Origin: a virus
Taxonomy: Duplodnaviria > Caudoviricetes
DNA length: 60,317 nucleotides
Direction: 5' to 3' (one strand)
IMG/VR virus record: IMGVR_UViG_3300044841_000118
Span: 1-60,317 of that record
Below the pieces are notes generated by a model. The model saw only the letters and a program-made list of their open reading frames with translations, was not told the DNA's origin and did not search any database. Numbering within the stretch: the first letter of the stretch is position 1; each line of letters opens with the position of its first letter. Position numbers and translations under genes: made by a program. Below, in pieces: positions 27,589 to 37,562 of this stretch.

Positions 27589-29511
27589 TTAGTAGCTGCA
27601 TCCCCACTTAGTCAGCGTGGGGTCGTACCGGCAATCCATCGGCTTATTGACAACAGCAGTTGAGGCGTTGGCGAAGTTGCCGCCCGTAACGATGGTCCAT
27701 GCAAAGTCAGGCCAGAGGGTGATTTTGCATAACTTGTTAAGGCTGTCGATGGTCGTCACCGCGCAGCCCGTGGGAACCGTCATGGTCTGAATTGAGCCGC
27801 CAGTTGTTGCCGTGACGTGGACCACAGCAGCCGTGGGAGCAATCGTGGAGTTAGCAACTGCTGCTATGTTTAGCGTGGCGCCGACGACATCGTAGGGCGT
27901 ACCTGCTGATGTCCATCCAGAGGTGGTGCCGCCCACTGCATTGCCCGTGTTGTTAACGTCGACAGTAACGCCGTGACCGCCGCCCTGTATGAATGCGTCG
28001 CCCTTTGATGTCTCGTAGCCGAACCTAGCCCTGCTGCCGGAGACGGAAAAGAAGTTAGTTGTCGCTCCACCAGCGCCAATGGTGAAAGCGCCAATCGTGC
28101 TGTTATCAAACGAGACGGACAAGTTGCCGCCCAGCACCAGGGCAGCGTTGTCGAAGTCCTTTGAGAGCCCTGTCCCATCGCAGACCTGATTCCCCAGCAT
28201 GGACACGCCGCCCGGCAGTCCGCCGACGAAGACATTTCCCGTGGCAGTGACGAACTCGTTGTAACCGCCTGCGGTCTGGTTTGCCCCACACCATAGGTTC
28301 GACATCTTGATCTTGCTAGCGAGGGAGCCGAAGAAGAAGTCCGAACTTCCGGGGTAGCTGTTATTCCATGTCCGAGACAGCCCGCTGACCGAGGAGTTGG
28401 TGCCCTCGAAGTCAATGCAATACTTGAATGTCGAGTCACACTCGAAGCCGATGAAGGCGCTATGTCCGCCGTCGTACACCCCTACGATGGAGCCGATGGG
28501 ATGAAGACCGTAGTAGCGGTTATCCCCCGACCCTCCGGTGATGTAAGTCCCTGCTACCGTAAAGTTGCCGTTTGTGCGGACTGCATAAAAGTCCGAGTCC
28601 GTCACGTTCTGAATCAGCAGGCCATAGTTCAGGCTTGCTGTAGGAAAGACCTGGACATACACCTGCCCGCAAGCCACACCTGTCTGAGACCAGGTAATTC
28701 CAGTCAGTGTTCCGCCCGATAGAACAGCGGTGCCTACTGGAAGGGTGGTGCAGGACTGAAGCGGGTCCAACACCAGCACGGACGTACCGGCTGGCAGGTT
28801 CGACCCAGCAGACGTGATTGTCGTACCAGAGATCGCACCGGTCGTCATTGTGACTGCTACCAGCGGGTCCACGACGCCGGAAACCGAAGGGCTGGTCTGA
28901 ATCAGGATGTCGTTGACCTGTAACTCATACGAGTAGCCACTACCCGTTGAGCCGAGCTGCAATACGTGGTCTGAGCCATTCGCATTCTTTAGCAGCAAGT
29001 GTTCGATCTTGGATCGACGGACGCCGAACACTTCCAGAGCTGCCGGAGCGTTGCCGTTGGCGTCGATGGTCATGTTCGCTATGTCGGGCTGCTGGTTCGG
29101 ATTAGCTCCGAAGGGCTGACCGACCGAGGCGACTGCGACAGAGCAGGACTGTTGAACGGTCGTGTTGATTGCTCCCACCCCATTCAGCGAGAGCGTTGCT
29201 CCCGAAGCCAGAGCAGGCAGCGTGAAGGCGTTGCAGTGGCGATAGGTTCCCGTGCCAAACTGGAGCAATGCATTCTTGTTATTCGCGGTCACCCATGCAG
29301 AGGCAGCCGTAAAAGCAGCGTCTGGTGATGCGTATCCGTCCGCATAGAAGATGGTCCCGATCTGCGGCGCACTGATCGGGCCACTAAATGCCTGCGGACT
29401 CGTGGTGGATGTAGACGCGCCACCGTTGGACGGCTGAAAGACAGGACTCTGCGCGCCGCACGAAGCCGCAGCGAGCAACAGCCCGAAAACGATGAGCAGC
29501 TTACTGCGCAT
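27589..29511 (-). CDS. beta-helix tailspike-like protein with signal peptide
   Basis: MRSKLLIVFGLLLAAASCGA|Q; LQFGTGTY...LNGVG pectate-lyase-like start. Confidence 0.7.
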   Translation of the reverse strand: MRSKLLIVFGLLLAAASCGAQSPVFQPSNGGASTSTTSPQAFSGPISAPQIGTIFYADGYASPDAAFTAASAWVTANNKNALLQFGTGTYRHCNAFTLPALASGATLSLNGVGAINTTVQQSCSVAVASVGQPFGANPNQQPDIANMTIDANGNAPAALEVFGVRRSKIEHLLLKNANGSDHVLQLGSTGSGYSYELQVNDILIQTSPSVSGVVDPLVAVTMTTGAISGTTITSAGSNLPAGTSVLVLDPLQSCTTLPVGTAVLSGGTLTGITWSQTGVACGQVYVQVFPTASLNYGLLIQNVTDSDFYAVRTNGNFTVAGTYITGGSGDNRYYGLHPIGSIVGVYDGGHSAFIGFECDSTFKYCIDFEGTNSSVSGLSRTWNNSYPGSSDFFFGSLASKIKMSNLWCGANQTAGGYNEFVTATGNVFVGGLPGGVSMLGNQVCDGTGLSKDFDNAALVLGGNLSVSFDNSTIGAFTIGAGGATTNFFSVSGSRARFGYETSKGDAFIQGGGHGVTVDVNNTGNAVGGTTSGWTSAGTPYDVVGATLNIAAVANSTIAPTAAVVHVTATTGGSIQTMTVPTGCAVTTIDSLNKLCKITLWPDFAWTIVTGGNFANASTAVVNKPMDCRYDPTLTKWGCSY

Positions 29512-29932
29512 TGCGGCCTCGCGTGTAGAAGAAGTGGATCTGTGTGGTCCCGTCCGCGCCGGTCAGCGTGCCGATGTTCACACGAATATAGGGGACTGGC
29601 TTCGAGTTGAACGAGTAGGTCTTCACTGTGGCGGAGGCGCATGTAACGTCGCCGCTTGGGGTGTCCACGCCGGTATCCCATGCCACGGTGTCAGGAGAAC
29701 TCTGTACCTCGAACGTGCAGACGCTCGGCACCGTGCCGGTGACGTATACCTGGACCGAGTACGATCCCGGCGCGCCACCGTTTCCGGCATTGAGCGTCAC
29801 AGGGATGCCGACCACGCCGGTCGCCACGGCCAATGGCCATGAGTAGGTTCCGGGGGTCGCGTAGGTCACCTGCTGCCCCCACGTCCGGAAAACGGACAGA
29901 AGGAGGATGAGGGGGAGGAGAATGCGCTTCAT
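29501..29932 (-). CDS. small beta-sandwich virion protein with signal peptide
   Basis: MKRILLPLILLLSVFRTWG|Q; VQSSPD...W...PYIRV. Confidence 0.7.
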   Translation of the reverse strand: MKRILLPLILLLSVFRTWGQQVTYATPGTYSWPLAVATGVVGIPVTLNAGNGGAPGSYSVQVYVTGTVPSVCTFEVQSSPDTVAWDTGVDTPSGDVTCASATVKTYSFNSKPVPYIRVNIGTLTGADGTTQIHFFYTRGRNAQ

Positions 29933-29944
29933 ATGAGGGGGTCT

Positions 29945-31258
29945 CTACTTGCTGGCGGTATAGTTGTCGGCGGTGTAAAGCATCGTGACGGTCTTGGAAG
30001 CACCGGTTATGTCTGTCTGCTTCTGGCTTCCTGTGGCTGAAGACCAGCCGGTATGCAGGAAGGCGGCGCGCATCGTCTGGTTCAGGACATAGGTGGTTGC
30101 CGATCCACCGGAGGCCTGAACAGTCAGCGAGTCGTAGTAGTTGCACGGCCCCGGAGTAGTTCCCGTCCCGCTTGCATTCGCTAACGTGCAAGCGGTGTCA
30201 CCGACAAGTCGGTGCCCCTTGAACGTGATGTGGTACCACGTCCCTGCGGTCAGGTTGCAGGGGACATTGGTACCGCTCTGCTTGGCGGTGATCCATGAGT
30301 CGTTCTGGTTGTCGATCTGCCAGATGTGCGAACTAAGATTGCATTGCAGGCCGAACATGAAGTCCAGGCCGTCGGTGCTGTCGAACATGTACATGTCCGA
30401 CTCGAGGTTTGCCGCGAAACTCACGGCGTTCGTGCTCGGCTGCATCCAGAAGTCATTCGAAAAGAAGGTGCAGCTATCGCAGTTCGGGAAATGCTTCACC
30501 CACAGAGCGTTGGTCTGCGTAGCCGACGATGTCGTAGAGAGCGTAGTCTGCATCCCCAGCGTGTCTGCGGTCGGTGGGCTGCTGACTGTCTGATAAGTAA
30601 TGGCTGTCGAGGCCGGAGCGTTGTTACCGCCCGGATTGCACGCGGTCAGGACACAGACTGCCTTGTCGTACTGCGCAGTGTCTGTGCTGTTGGTGATAGT
30701 GACCACGGGTGTCGCGCCTGTCCCGCTGGTCCCCCCGGACCCACTTCCCGTAGGGGTTACGGTCAGATCGGCGTTGGACATCGAATAGCCGATGGTCCAG
30801 TTAGGCGCTGCTGGGTTGGTCGTGCATCCCGCTGCGGCCTGCATGATGCCCCACATATAGGAGTGATTCGCTTGGAGAGCGAATGGCGTGGCGGGGTCTT
30901 GGGTGTAAGCTCTCTGCCCGTTCACGAAGGTGATGCGAAACTGCGAATCTACTTCCGCGCTCGTCGTGGTCGTGTCGTACAGCGTCACGATTGCAGGGGT
31001 GGTGCAGCCAACCGGGGCTGTCGACAGAACCACGTCCACTGTCTGAACATTTACCGCTACGGGGAGGTCGAGGACGGACCCGATCCCGGCAGTATTTGTT
31101 CCGGTGAACGTCGTCGTGTTGTCCGAGGTCCACGGGATAAACGCGACAGCCTGAGATGTGTGGACGGCCGATGGGTCAGGCAGTCCGGCATAGGACTGCG
31201 CCGCCGCGTGGAAGGAAAGCACGAGCCCGGCGCATACAGCGACCAGCGTCTTATTCAT
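29945..31258 (-). CDS. secreted protein with C-terminal lectin/ConA-like domain
   Basis: MNKTLVAVCAGLVLSFHAAA|Q; LESD...FGLQC...W...VPC...WYHI. Confidence 0.7.
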   Translation of the reverse strand: MNKTLVAVCAGLVLSFHAAAQSYAGLPDPSAVHTSQAVAFIPWTSDNTTTFTGTNTAGIGSVLDLPVAVNVQTVDVVLSTAPVGCTTPAIVTLYDTTTTSAEVDSQFRITFVNGQRAYTQDPATPFALQANHSYMWGIMQAAAGCTTNPAAPNWTIGYSMSNADLTVTPTGSGSGGTSGTGATPVVTITNSTDTAQYDKAVCVLTACNPGGNNAPASTAITYQTVSSPPTADTLGMQTTLSTTSSATQTNALWVKHFPNCDSCTFFSNDFWMQPSTNAVSFAANLESDMYMFDSTDGLDFMFGLQCNLSSHIWQIDNQNDSWITAKQSGTNVPCNLTAGTWYHITFKGHRLVGDTACTLANASGTGTTPGPCNYYDSLTVQASGGSATTYVLNQTMRAAFLHTGWSSATGSQKQTDITGASKTVTMLYTADNYTASK

Positions 31259-34217
31259 TGATGACTCCGGGGGAATCTGCTAGCCAGGCTGTCTGCGGTA
31301 CTGAATAGCTGAAGTGCTGCGAGGCACACTTGCTGGCCGTTGGCGCCGACCATGTCAGGAATCCGTGCACATTCGCGGGAGAAGCGACCGTCCTTCCGCC
31401 CGTGGCGTCCTGGCAGAAGGTCAGGGTCTTTGGCTGCCCATCGATGCCTGCTGCCAGTGTGAAGCTGGTGATGTTTCCCGTCAGGACGATGTAACTCTGC
31501 AGCGTCGCCGTAGAGAATGTCGGCGTGGCGGAGAAGGTCACCGTCTCCGACGATCCGGTCAGGGAGAAGTGGGTCCAGTGGTTCGTGGCATCAGCAACGT
31601 AGACGCCAGCACCGGCAAACCCGGACCCGGAAGAGATGTAGACCTCGCCCTGCTGTGTTGGTTCCGTTGCCGAGGTCGGGGCCGCCCTACCGATGATTAA
31701 CCCGCCCGTGGTAGTGATCCCCAGAAAGCCCGACGGGATGATGTTTGTGTTAATCGGTGCTGTATTGGTGTCGAAGATTTGCAGCGTCTGCGCTACAGCC
31801 GGATGCCCGTTGGTCGCTACGTCTCCCTGCGAGATAAGTCCCGGCGTGAAGCTTGGGTCAGTCGTCGCTTGGCGATATAGCTCATAGTGTGTCGTGCCGG
31901 ACGGTAGGGCTACGAGGATCTTGACGTTGTTCAATGGTCCGGTAGTCGCTGGAGGTGTGACCGACTCGGTGGCTATCTGACTGAAGGAGAAGCTGCCGCC
32001 TACCCATGCCTTGTATGCGTACGAATATGTGAAGGTGCCCGGCGATCCTGCGGTTGTAATGTTGGGAACGCCGATGACTGCGGACGGCCTGAACTGTGCG
32101 GTGCCGATGACATCCAGCATCGACAGCGACTGCACCGATGGCGTTGCCTGATTCGCAAAGTTGACCTGCCAGAAGTCCTGATCGACCGCTTGGCAGTTGG
32201 CCTGCGCGAAAATGGTTACTGGCGAACCTGTGTTGAAGACGAAGAACTCTAGCGAGTTAGACGGGCCGACGATATTGTGCCCCGTGCAGCTGTAGAAGTT
32301 TCCGCCGCTCTCCGGGGCCACGAGGATGTCATTTGCGCTCGCCAGCGAGATATAGAGATGCTGCCCGATGCGCTCGTTTGTGAGGCTCGTGATGTTCGTC
32401 GAGGATCCGTTCTGCATCAGGACATGGACGTACCTGCCCACGTCTGGGCTAGATCCGGTGAGCGGCGATCCACCGTTAAACTCTGCGCGATCCATCTCCG
32501 GAGTGGTCATGTTGACGCCCGGATAGGCGCCTAATGCGACTGCTCCAGAACGGTCGATCTGGTCGCCGTTGGCAGCAGGTACGTTCACCCACGAGCCTTG
32601 CCCAGCCGCGACGTATCCGGTGCGGAAGGAGGTTCCCAGCGGCGGATTGTCGAAGACATCTCCAGCCGTCCAGAAACCCCCGCTGGCGCTTGCATCTTCG
32701 ACGTCGTCGCAGTACCCGCGGGCAGTCACCCCGGCCTGAAACTTGCAGCCCTGAGATGCTTGGAAATGCGTGATCACCGAACTCGATGAGCCAGCAAAAA
32801 TGGCAGGGCCTGCGTGACCTTCCGACCTGACATTCGTTAGCAGCACGTGGGCAGCGGTAGAAGGTATGCAGATACCGTATTCGTCAATCTGGACGAAGGC
32901 CTTATCGACCAACTGTCCGCCGCCGCCGACAACTAAGCCGCAGAGGTGTCCGAACTCAGTGCCGGGGGTGTTGAATGTCCCGTAAGTCTCGACACTGTGG
33001 ATGCGTCCGTCTCCGCTGTTGTTCTCAACGCCGCCGTGCATTCCGTCTGTCGATGGGTTGTAGGTGATCCCGCTGCCGCGGTCGAATCGTAACCATGCCT
33101 GCGTGTCAAATGCCCAGAGGTCGTAGAAGTCGGAGTCCTGCCCGTTCGCGTCAATGCCTGTTCCGCCGGTGTAAGCAGCGCGGAGGTTCCTGCCGGTGCC
33201 ATGCGCTAAGCCGATGAAGATGCCCGTCTGATGTGGTCCAGCATTGCCCGTATAGGGGGACCCGGGGCTCTGTGCGCCACCGGTGTTCACCGTTCCCTGT
33301 ACCTGGATGTTCTCGACATTTCCACCGTCGAAGGAATTGGTAGCGGTCGTTCCATCAGCGCAGGTCGAGGTTTGCGGATCATCCACCCGGAAGATCCCGG
33401 AGTCAGTAAACGGGGAGGTGAAGATCGTGCCGCCTTCGTTGTTGCTCCCTCCCACGCCAATCGTTCCGCCGGCCGTCCCGATGACGTTCATGCCCGGTCC
33501 GAATGTCAGCGTCGGCGCTGCCGTTACGCCCACTTGGAATTTCCCCGGGGGGATAAAGATTGTGGCTGCACGGTGATTCCGCGATACGAAGCAGTTCATT
33601 TCGTTCGCGACTTCCTGCAGCGCCAGCGCGGGGTTGCTGGCCAGCGTAACCACGGTGTTGTTGCCGTCGATCTTCTCGACGCGCGGACGGCGGGCATCGA
33701 AGAGGCCGCGGTTCAAGTCCTCGACCCACGCCTGTGTCGTGTTGCCGGAGCCGTCGGTCGACCATCCCACTTCAGGGGCGGACACGATGGTGCCGCTGCC
33801 GTTCGATGCCACACCTTGGTTCGGGGTGACGGTGACAGTGCCGCCGCCTGCGCCGCCGAGCGTGACTACCTGCGTCTGGCAGGACGTGCCGGTTGCGCAC
33901 ATCTGCTCGACATAGTTGCCGGCGGTCACCCAGTAGGAGTAGTTGCCGTTCTTGTCTGCCTGAATTGGGTTCGTCGAATACGGCACCGTCATCGCCGGAT
34001 CCTTGTAAAGGGTCACGGTGCTGGTGCAGGCAGTCGGGTTGGACGAGTTGTAGGAGCAGACCTTGACCTGCGCGTAGGCCAGAATCCGGGCGACGCTTGA
34101 GGCGTTGCCGAGCGCCGTTGCCTGCCGCTGTGCTCCCTGCGCCTCGGCGGAGACGCAGAAAGACCCGGCCGCAAAAAGCAGCAGAGTCGAAAGGATCAAA
34201 CGTTGCATCCGGTTCAT
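31251..34217 (-). CDS. tailspike (particle-binding N-domain plus beta-helix) with signal peptide
   Basis: signal ...VSAEA|Q; LYKDPAMT...NPIQADKNGNY; TIFIPPGKF; C-terminal QDATGGRT. Confidence 0.75.
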   Translation of the reverse strand: MNRMQRLILSTLLLFAAGSFCVSAEAQGAQRQATALGNASSVARILAYAQVKVCSYNSSNPTACTSTVTLYKDPAMTVPYSTNPIQADKNGNYSYWVTAGNYVEQMCATGTSCQTQVVTLGGAGGGTVTVTPNQGVASNGSGTIVSAPEVGWSTDGSGNTTQAWVEDLNRGLFDARRPRVEKIDGNNTVVTLASNPALALQEVANEMNCFVSRNHRAATIFIPPGKFQVGVTAAPTLTFGPGMNVIGTAGGTIGVGGSNNEGGTIFTSPFTDSGIFRVDDPQTSTCADGTTATNSFDGGNVENIQVQGTVNTGGAQSPGSPYTGNAGPHQTGIFIGLAHGTGRNLRAAYTGGTGIDANGQDSDFYDLWAFDTQAWLRFDRGSGITYNPSTDGMHGGVENNSGDGRIHSVETYGTFNTPGTEFGHLCGLVVGGGGQLVDKAFVQIDEYGICIPSTAAHVLLTNVRSEGHAGPAIFAGSSSSVITHFQASQGCKFQAGVTARGYCDDVEDASASGGFWTAGDVFDNPPLGTSFRTGYVAAGQGSWVNVPAANGDQIDRSGAVALGAYPGVNMTTPEMDRAEFNGGSPLTGSSPDVGRYVHVLMQNGSSTNITSLTNERIGQHLYISLASANDILVAPESGGNFYSCTGHNIVGPSNSLEFFVFNTGSPVTIFAQANCQAVDQDFWQVNFANQATPSVQSLSMLDVIGTAQFRPSAVIGVPNITTAGSPGTFTYSYAYKAWVGGSFSFSQIATESVTPPATTGPLNNVKILVALPSGTTHYELYRQATTDPSFTPGLISQGDVATNGHPAVAQTLQIFDTNTAPINTNIIPSGFLGITTTGGLIIGRAAPTSATEPTQQGEVYISSGSGFAGAGVYVADATNHWTHFSLTGSSETVTFSATPTFSTATLQSYIVLTGNITSFTLAAGIDGQPKTLTFCQDATGGRTVASPANVHGFLTWSAPTASKCASQHFSYSVPQTAWLADSPGVINE

Positions 34218-34220
34218 CGT

Positions 34221-34943
34221 TTAGAAGGCTCCGCGCCCTTGGCGGGCGGACTGGGCATTGCCCAGGGTTTCCTGCGACTGACGCTGGGTATCCAGCCGGT
34301 CGGAGAGGAAGATGTTGGCTTGCGTCTCGTTCAGGCCACCGTTCGCCGCGATGCTCTGCCGCAGGAACAACTGCATGGCTACGCCGAACCGCTCGTCGCC
34401 GAGATACTCGTACGCTTTGGCGAGCATGCCCTGCGAGCACAGATAGTGGAGGTAGTCGGGGATCGGTGCCCACGTCTGTGACGGTGCTGTGAAGATCGGC
34501 GCCGCGTTCTGCGACGTCACTGTGACGGTGTAGACGCCATCCGGCACTGGGTGTAGGCGGAAGGTGATGTTCCCTGCCCCGTCATCCAGTTGCGCTGAGA
34601 TGTGGACGAGCTCGCCTTGCTGTTTCTCGTCGGCGAGGATCATCTTCACTTCAAGTTCGCGCGCGGGGTTCACGCTCTGGGTCAGATCAGTGAAGGTTGC
34701 TTTCTCGATCCATCCGAAGGTCGCTGCGGACACCGAGTAATCCTGTGTGCCTGCCGCCGTTTGGAAGGTCGTCACGCTCCGGTTCCAGCGCCACGCGAAC
34801 GGTGCCGCGAGCAGAAACTGACGAACCCAGTCCGCGTTGAGCAGAGCCGGGTCGTTGTTGCTGCCGAAGGTCAGCGGCGCGTTGCGCACGAACTGCTGCG
34901 TCAAATTGATCGTGCGCTGGAGAGTGATCGTGGAGGATGGCAT
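34221..34943 (-). CDS. head-tail adaptor (tail tubular A-like), paralogue 1
   Basis: WRWNRS...TAAGTQDY...RLHPVPDGVYTV...PIPD. Confidence 0.75.
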   Translation of the reverse strand: MPSSTITLQRTINLTQQFVRNAPLTFGSNNDPALLNADWVRQFLLAAPFAWRWNRSVTTFQTAAGTQDYSVSAATFGWIEKATFTDLTQSVNPARELEVKMILADEKQQGELVHISAQLDDGAGNITFRLHPVPDGVYTVTVTSQNAAPIFTAPSQTWAPIPDYLHYLCSQGMLAKAYEYLGDERFGVAMQLFLRQSIAANGGLNETQANIFLSDRLDTQRQSQETLGNAQSARQGRGAF

Positions 34944-34990
34944 TCGAAAGGGTCACGGACGCGGGGAGCGTCCGGAAAATGGACGGGCCT

Positions 34991-35476
34991 TTAGCCCATT
35001 ACGGCGGAGAAGCGCTGACCGGCCTGCGACATCTGGTTGCCGCTCTTGCGTCCCATCTGCTTCCTGTAGTCTTCGTCACCGGGCATGAAGACGCGGGTGC
35101 AGTTGGTGCAGATTCCGACCACCTGGTTGTTGTCCAACCGGTGCTTGATAATGCTGGTCATGTCGCCTGTGCGCTGGGACATTTCATTGCACCCCTGGAG
35201 GTGGGGACATGCGTCCTGCGCCGCTTTGATGTTCGCCTGCTTGCGCGCCTCGGCCTGGCGGTTGTGCTCACGCATCTGCTCCGCGAGGACCTTGTCGCCC
35301 GGGTTCTCATAGGGCTTCTTAATCTCGGCGAGCGCGGCGATCAACTGCGCCTGATTCCCTGCCTGGCTCTGCGTGATCGCGGTGGTGAGCAATGCCACCA
35401 TGTCTGCGACACTCAGGTTGGCCGGTGCGACGTCGGGGGTTACTGTCTCGTTGGTGTTCTCGGGCTGCTTTGCCAT
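34991..35476 (-). CDS. hypothetical protein with C-terminal Zn site
   Basis: GAGGAG RBS; CPH...CTNC. Confidence 0.7.
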   Translation of the reverse strand: MAKQPENTNETVTPDVAPANLSVADMVALLTTAITQSQAGNQAQLIAALAEIKKPYENPGDKVLAEQMREHNRQAEARKQANIKAAQDACPHLQGCNEMSQRTGDMTSIIKHRLDNNQVVGICTNCTRVFMPGDEDYRKQMGRKSGNQMSQAGQRFSAVMG

Positions 35477-35513
35477 ACATTCTCCTCGGCCAATCCGGGC
35501 CAGACGGTTGTCT

Positions 35514-36224
35514 TTACTTGCGGGCTTTCTCAGCTGTGGTACTGGTTTTGCGATTGCGCCAGCGGTACAAATCTCGGCGGTAGGTGAATCCGCCTTCACC
35601 GGTCGGTGGCCCAAACACGCGGTGCGCCTCGTCCTCGGTGATAATGGCTCTGCGAATCAGGTTCAGCAGCACTTGCCGCCAGCCGCGCAGGATTTCCTTC
35701 TTCGGAACGTCGCGCTGCGCATCGAACTCGTGCAGGCTGTACTCCGGCATCGTCCCCTTCGGGCAATAGAAGAGGTACTCGAACTGCATGCCCTCAAGAT
35801 GGGGCTGCGGTACGCCATACATCCGGTAGATCGCCAGGTCGCTCTCGAAGGCACCCTGCTCGAAATAAATCTTGTCGCCGGTGATCTGCTTCAGCGTCTC
35901 GAAGAACTCGACGTGGTGCATCGACTTCCCGACGCGCGCGGCGTACTTCTTGTACTCGTCCTGATCCTCCCAGCGTTGCGCGCGCACCGCTTCGGAGTTG
36001 TTGTTCATCTCGCGGAGCCGATCGACATGCTCGCGGGTGGAGAGGCGCGGGGAGCGCTCGCAGGAGACACACTGGAAGGCGCGTCCGTCTTTGTGTGAGG
36101 TATCCCGGCGGAAGTGGTTGTACGTCAGAGCACGGAGGCAGGAAACGCACTCTTTGCCCAGCAGTTCATCTGATTCATGGAGGTCGCGCTGAATCGTGTT
36201 TTCAACGGACGATAGATCGTGCAC
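35514..36224 (-). CDS. hypothetical protein with N-terminal Zn finger
   Basis: AAGGAG RBS; CVSC...F.RD...DG...CVSC. Confidence 0.7.
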   Translation of the reverse strand: MHDLSSVENTIQRDLHESDELLGKECVSCLRALTYNHFRRDTSHKDGRAFQCVSCERSPRLSTREHVDRLREMNNNSEAVRAQRWEDQDEYKKYAARVGKSMHHVEFFETLKQITGDKIYFEQGAFESDLAIYRMYGVPQPHLEGMQFEYLFYCPKGTMPEYSLHEFDAQRDVPKKEILRGWRQVLLNLIRRAIITEDEAHRVFGPPTGEGGFTYRRDLYRWRNRKTSTTAEKARK

Positions 36225-36263
36225 GCACGTCTCCTTTATGGGAAAGCGAGATGTCTGGGTGGA

Positions 36264-36623
36264 TTACTGCTGGACGGCGACCGCATCAGCGGCTGCAACT
36301 GCTTCGGCTTGGACGGCCGCGGCATCATCTGTTTTGGCTGCAGCGTCTGCGGCGGCAGCGACACGCACAGCAGCCAGGGCGTCGAGTTGCGCCTGATGTG
36401 CCTCTTCAACGGCAACCGTGGCCGCTTCGCTGCGCGCGTATTCAATGCTTGCGATCAGCGGTGCAATCTCGGGGCGCTTCGCCTGATACACACCCTTGTC
36501 CAGCAGAACCTCTGCGGCAAACGTGCGGGTATCTGTGGGGGCCGAGGGGTTGCGGGCAAGATCGAAGAGGTGGTTGTCGCTCAGGCCTGCGGTGGCAATG
36601 TCGAATTCAGCGCGTGTTGGCAT
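36264..36623 (-). CDS. hypothetical Ala-rich protein
   Basis: co-oriented in late operon. Confidence 0.65.
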   Translation of the reverse strand: MPTRAEFDIATAGLSDNHLFDLARNPSAPTDTRTFAAEVLLDKGVYQAKRPEIAPLIASIEYARSEAATVAVEEAHQAQLDALAAVRVAAAADAAAKTDDAAAVQAEAVAAADAVAVQQ

Positions 36624-36632
36624 TAAGGGTCC

Positions 36633-37151
36633 CTAGTTGGCAGCGTCGTAGTATTTGCGGAGCAGCGCGACGTACGCATCTACTCCCGGGTTGCTGGCGC
36701 CGATGTGGCCGCCGTTCCAAAGCTGTCCCCACTGCTCGACCGTCTGTGGCCGGGTGCGCAGGTTCAGTCGAACCAGAAAGTCAGCGGTCGCGCGGGCACA
36801 CTCTTCGGCCTCGCGCAACTGTGTGGGAGCCATGCCGACCGGGCAGTTGATCAGTAGGATTTGCCACGGCCCGTAGGAGCAATGAGCGCTGTGGCCGTAC
36901 ATGGCGGTGAGCCGGACGACTGCGGGGTTGGCGCTGTACAGGCCGGTGCAGTATGCCTTCTCGTGCCGCGGGTGGCAGTTCTTGCCGCCGGAAGACTCCA
37001 TCATGCTGATGGCCTTCACGAGTTTGCGCGGATCCAGGTTGGCCGGGTTGAACGCCTGGAAGAACCGCTCGATCAGGTCTTCCAACTGCGCAGGGGTCAA
37101 CACCGGCCAAGGGCCATCGATGAAGTTCAGGAGAGCCGACTGTACGTCCAT
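36633..37151 (-). CDS. lytic transglycosylase/lysozyme-like endolysin (start may be 37193)
   Basis: MESSGG (catalytic Glu), SYGPWQI, WNGG. Confidence 0.8.
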   Translation of the reverse strand: MDVQSALLNFIDGPWPVLTPAQLEDLIERFFQAFNPANLDPRKLVKAISMMESSGGKNCHPRHEKAYCTGLYSANPAVVRLTAMYGHSAHCSYGPWQILLINCPVGMAPTQLREAEECARATADFLVRLNLRTRPQTVEQWGQLWNGGHIGASNPGVDAYVALLRKYYDAAN

Positions 37152-37452
37152 GAGAGAAAGAGCCGCGAGACCGGTCGCGCCGGGGTGTTGCATCGGCTTG
37201 CCCCGCGTAGTCTCATATCGCCTACCGAACGGACCGAATCAGGTCAGCGCAGTGATTGAGTGGACTCTTCGCGAGCCGGGTGCAATCGACTCCTCACTTC
37301 CGGGCAAGGTCGCGGGGAGTCAAAGCGGGCGGGTGGGGTCTCGAGGCGAGCGGCCCGCGTGAAAGCAGGCCGGATGACGGAATGCCCGTCGAAAGAGGAA
37401 CCCGAATCCCTGGAGATCCGGGGCCGCGCAGCATTACTGCACGGGATGAATC

Positions 37453-37530
37453 TGGCTGGCAGAGTAGGACTCGAACCTACATAGGCCGCATTAACAGTGC
37501 GGTTCTCTGCCCAGATTGAGATATCTGCCA
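37453..37530 (-). tRNA. tRNA-Asn (GTT)
   Basis: acceptor TGGCAGA/TCTGCCA, G73, CCA; anticodon arm CCGCA-CTGTTAA-TGCGG; T-arm GTAGG-TTCGAGT-CCTAC. Confidence 0.95.
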
Positions 37531-37562
37531 GTGTTTGGAGCCCATTCCGAACCCGGGGGTTC

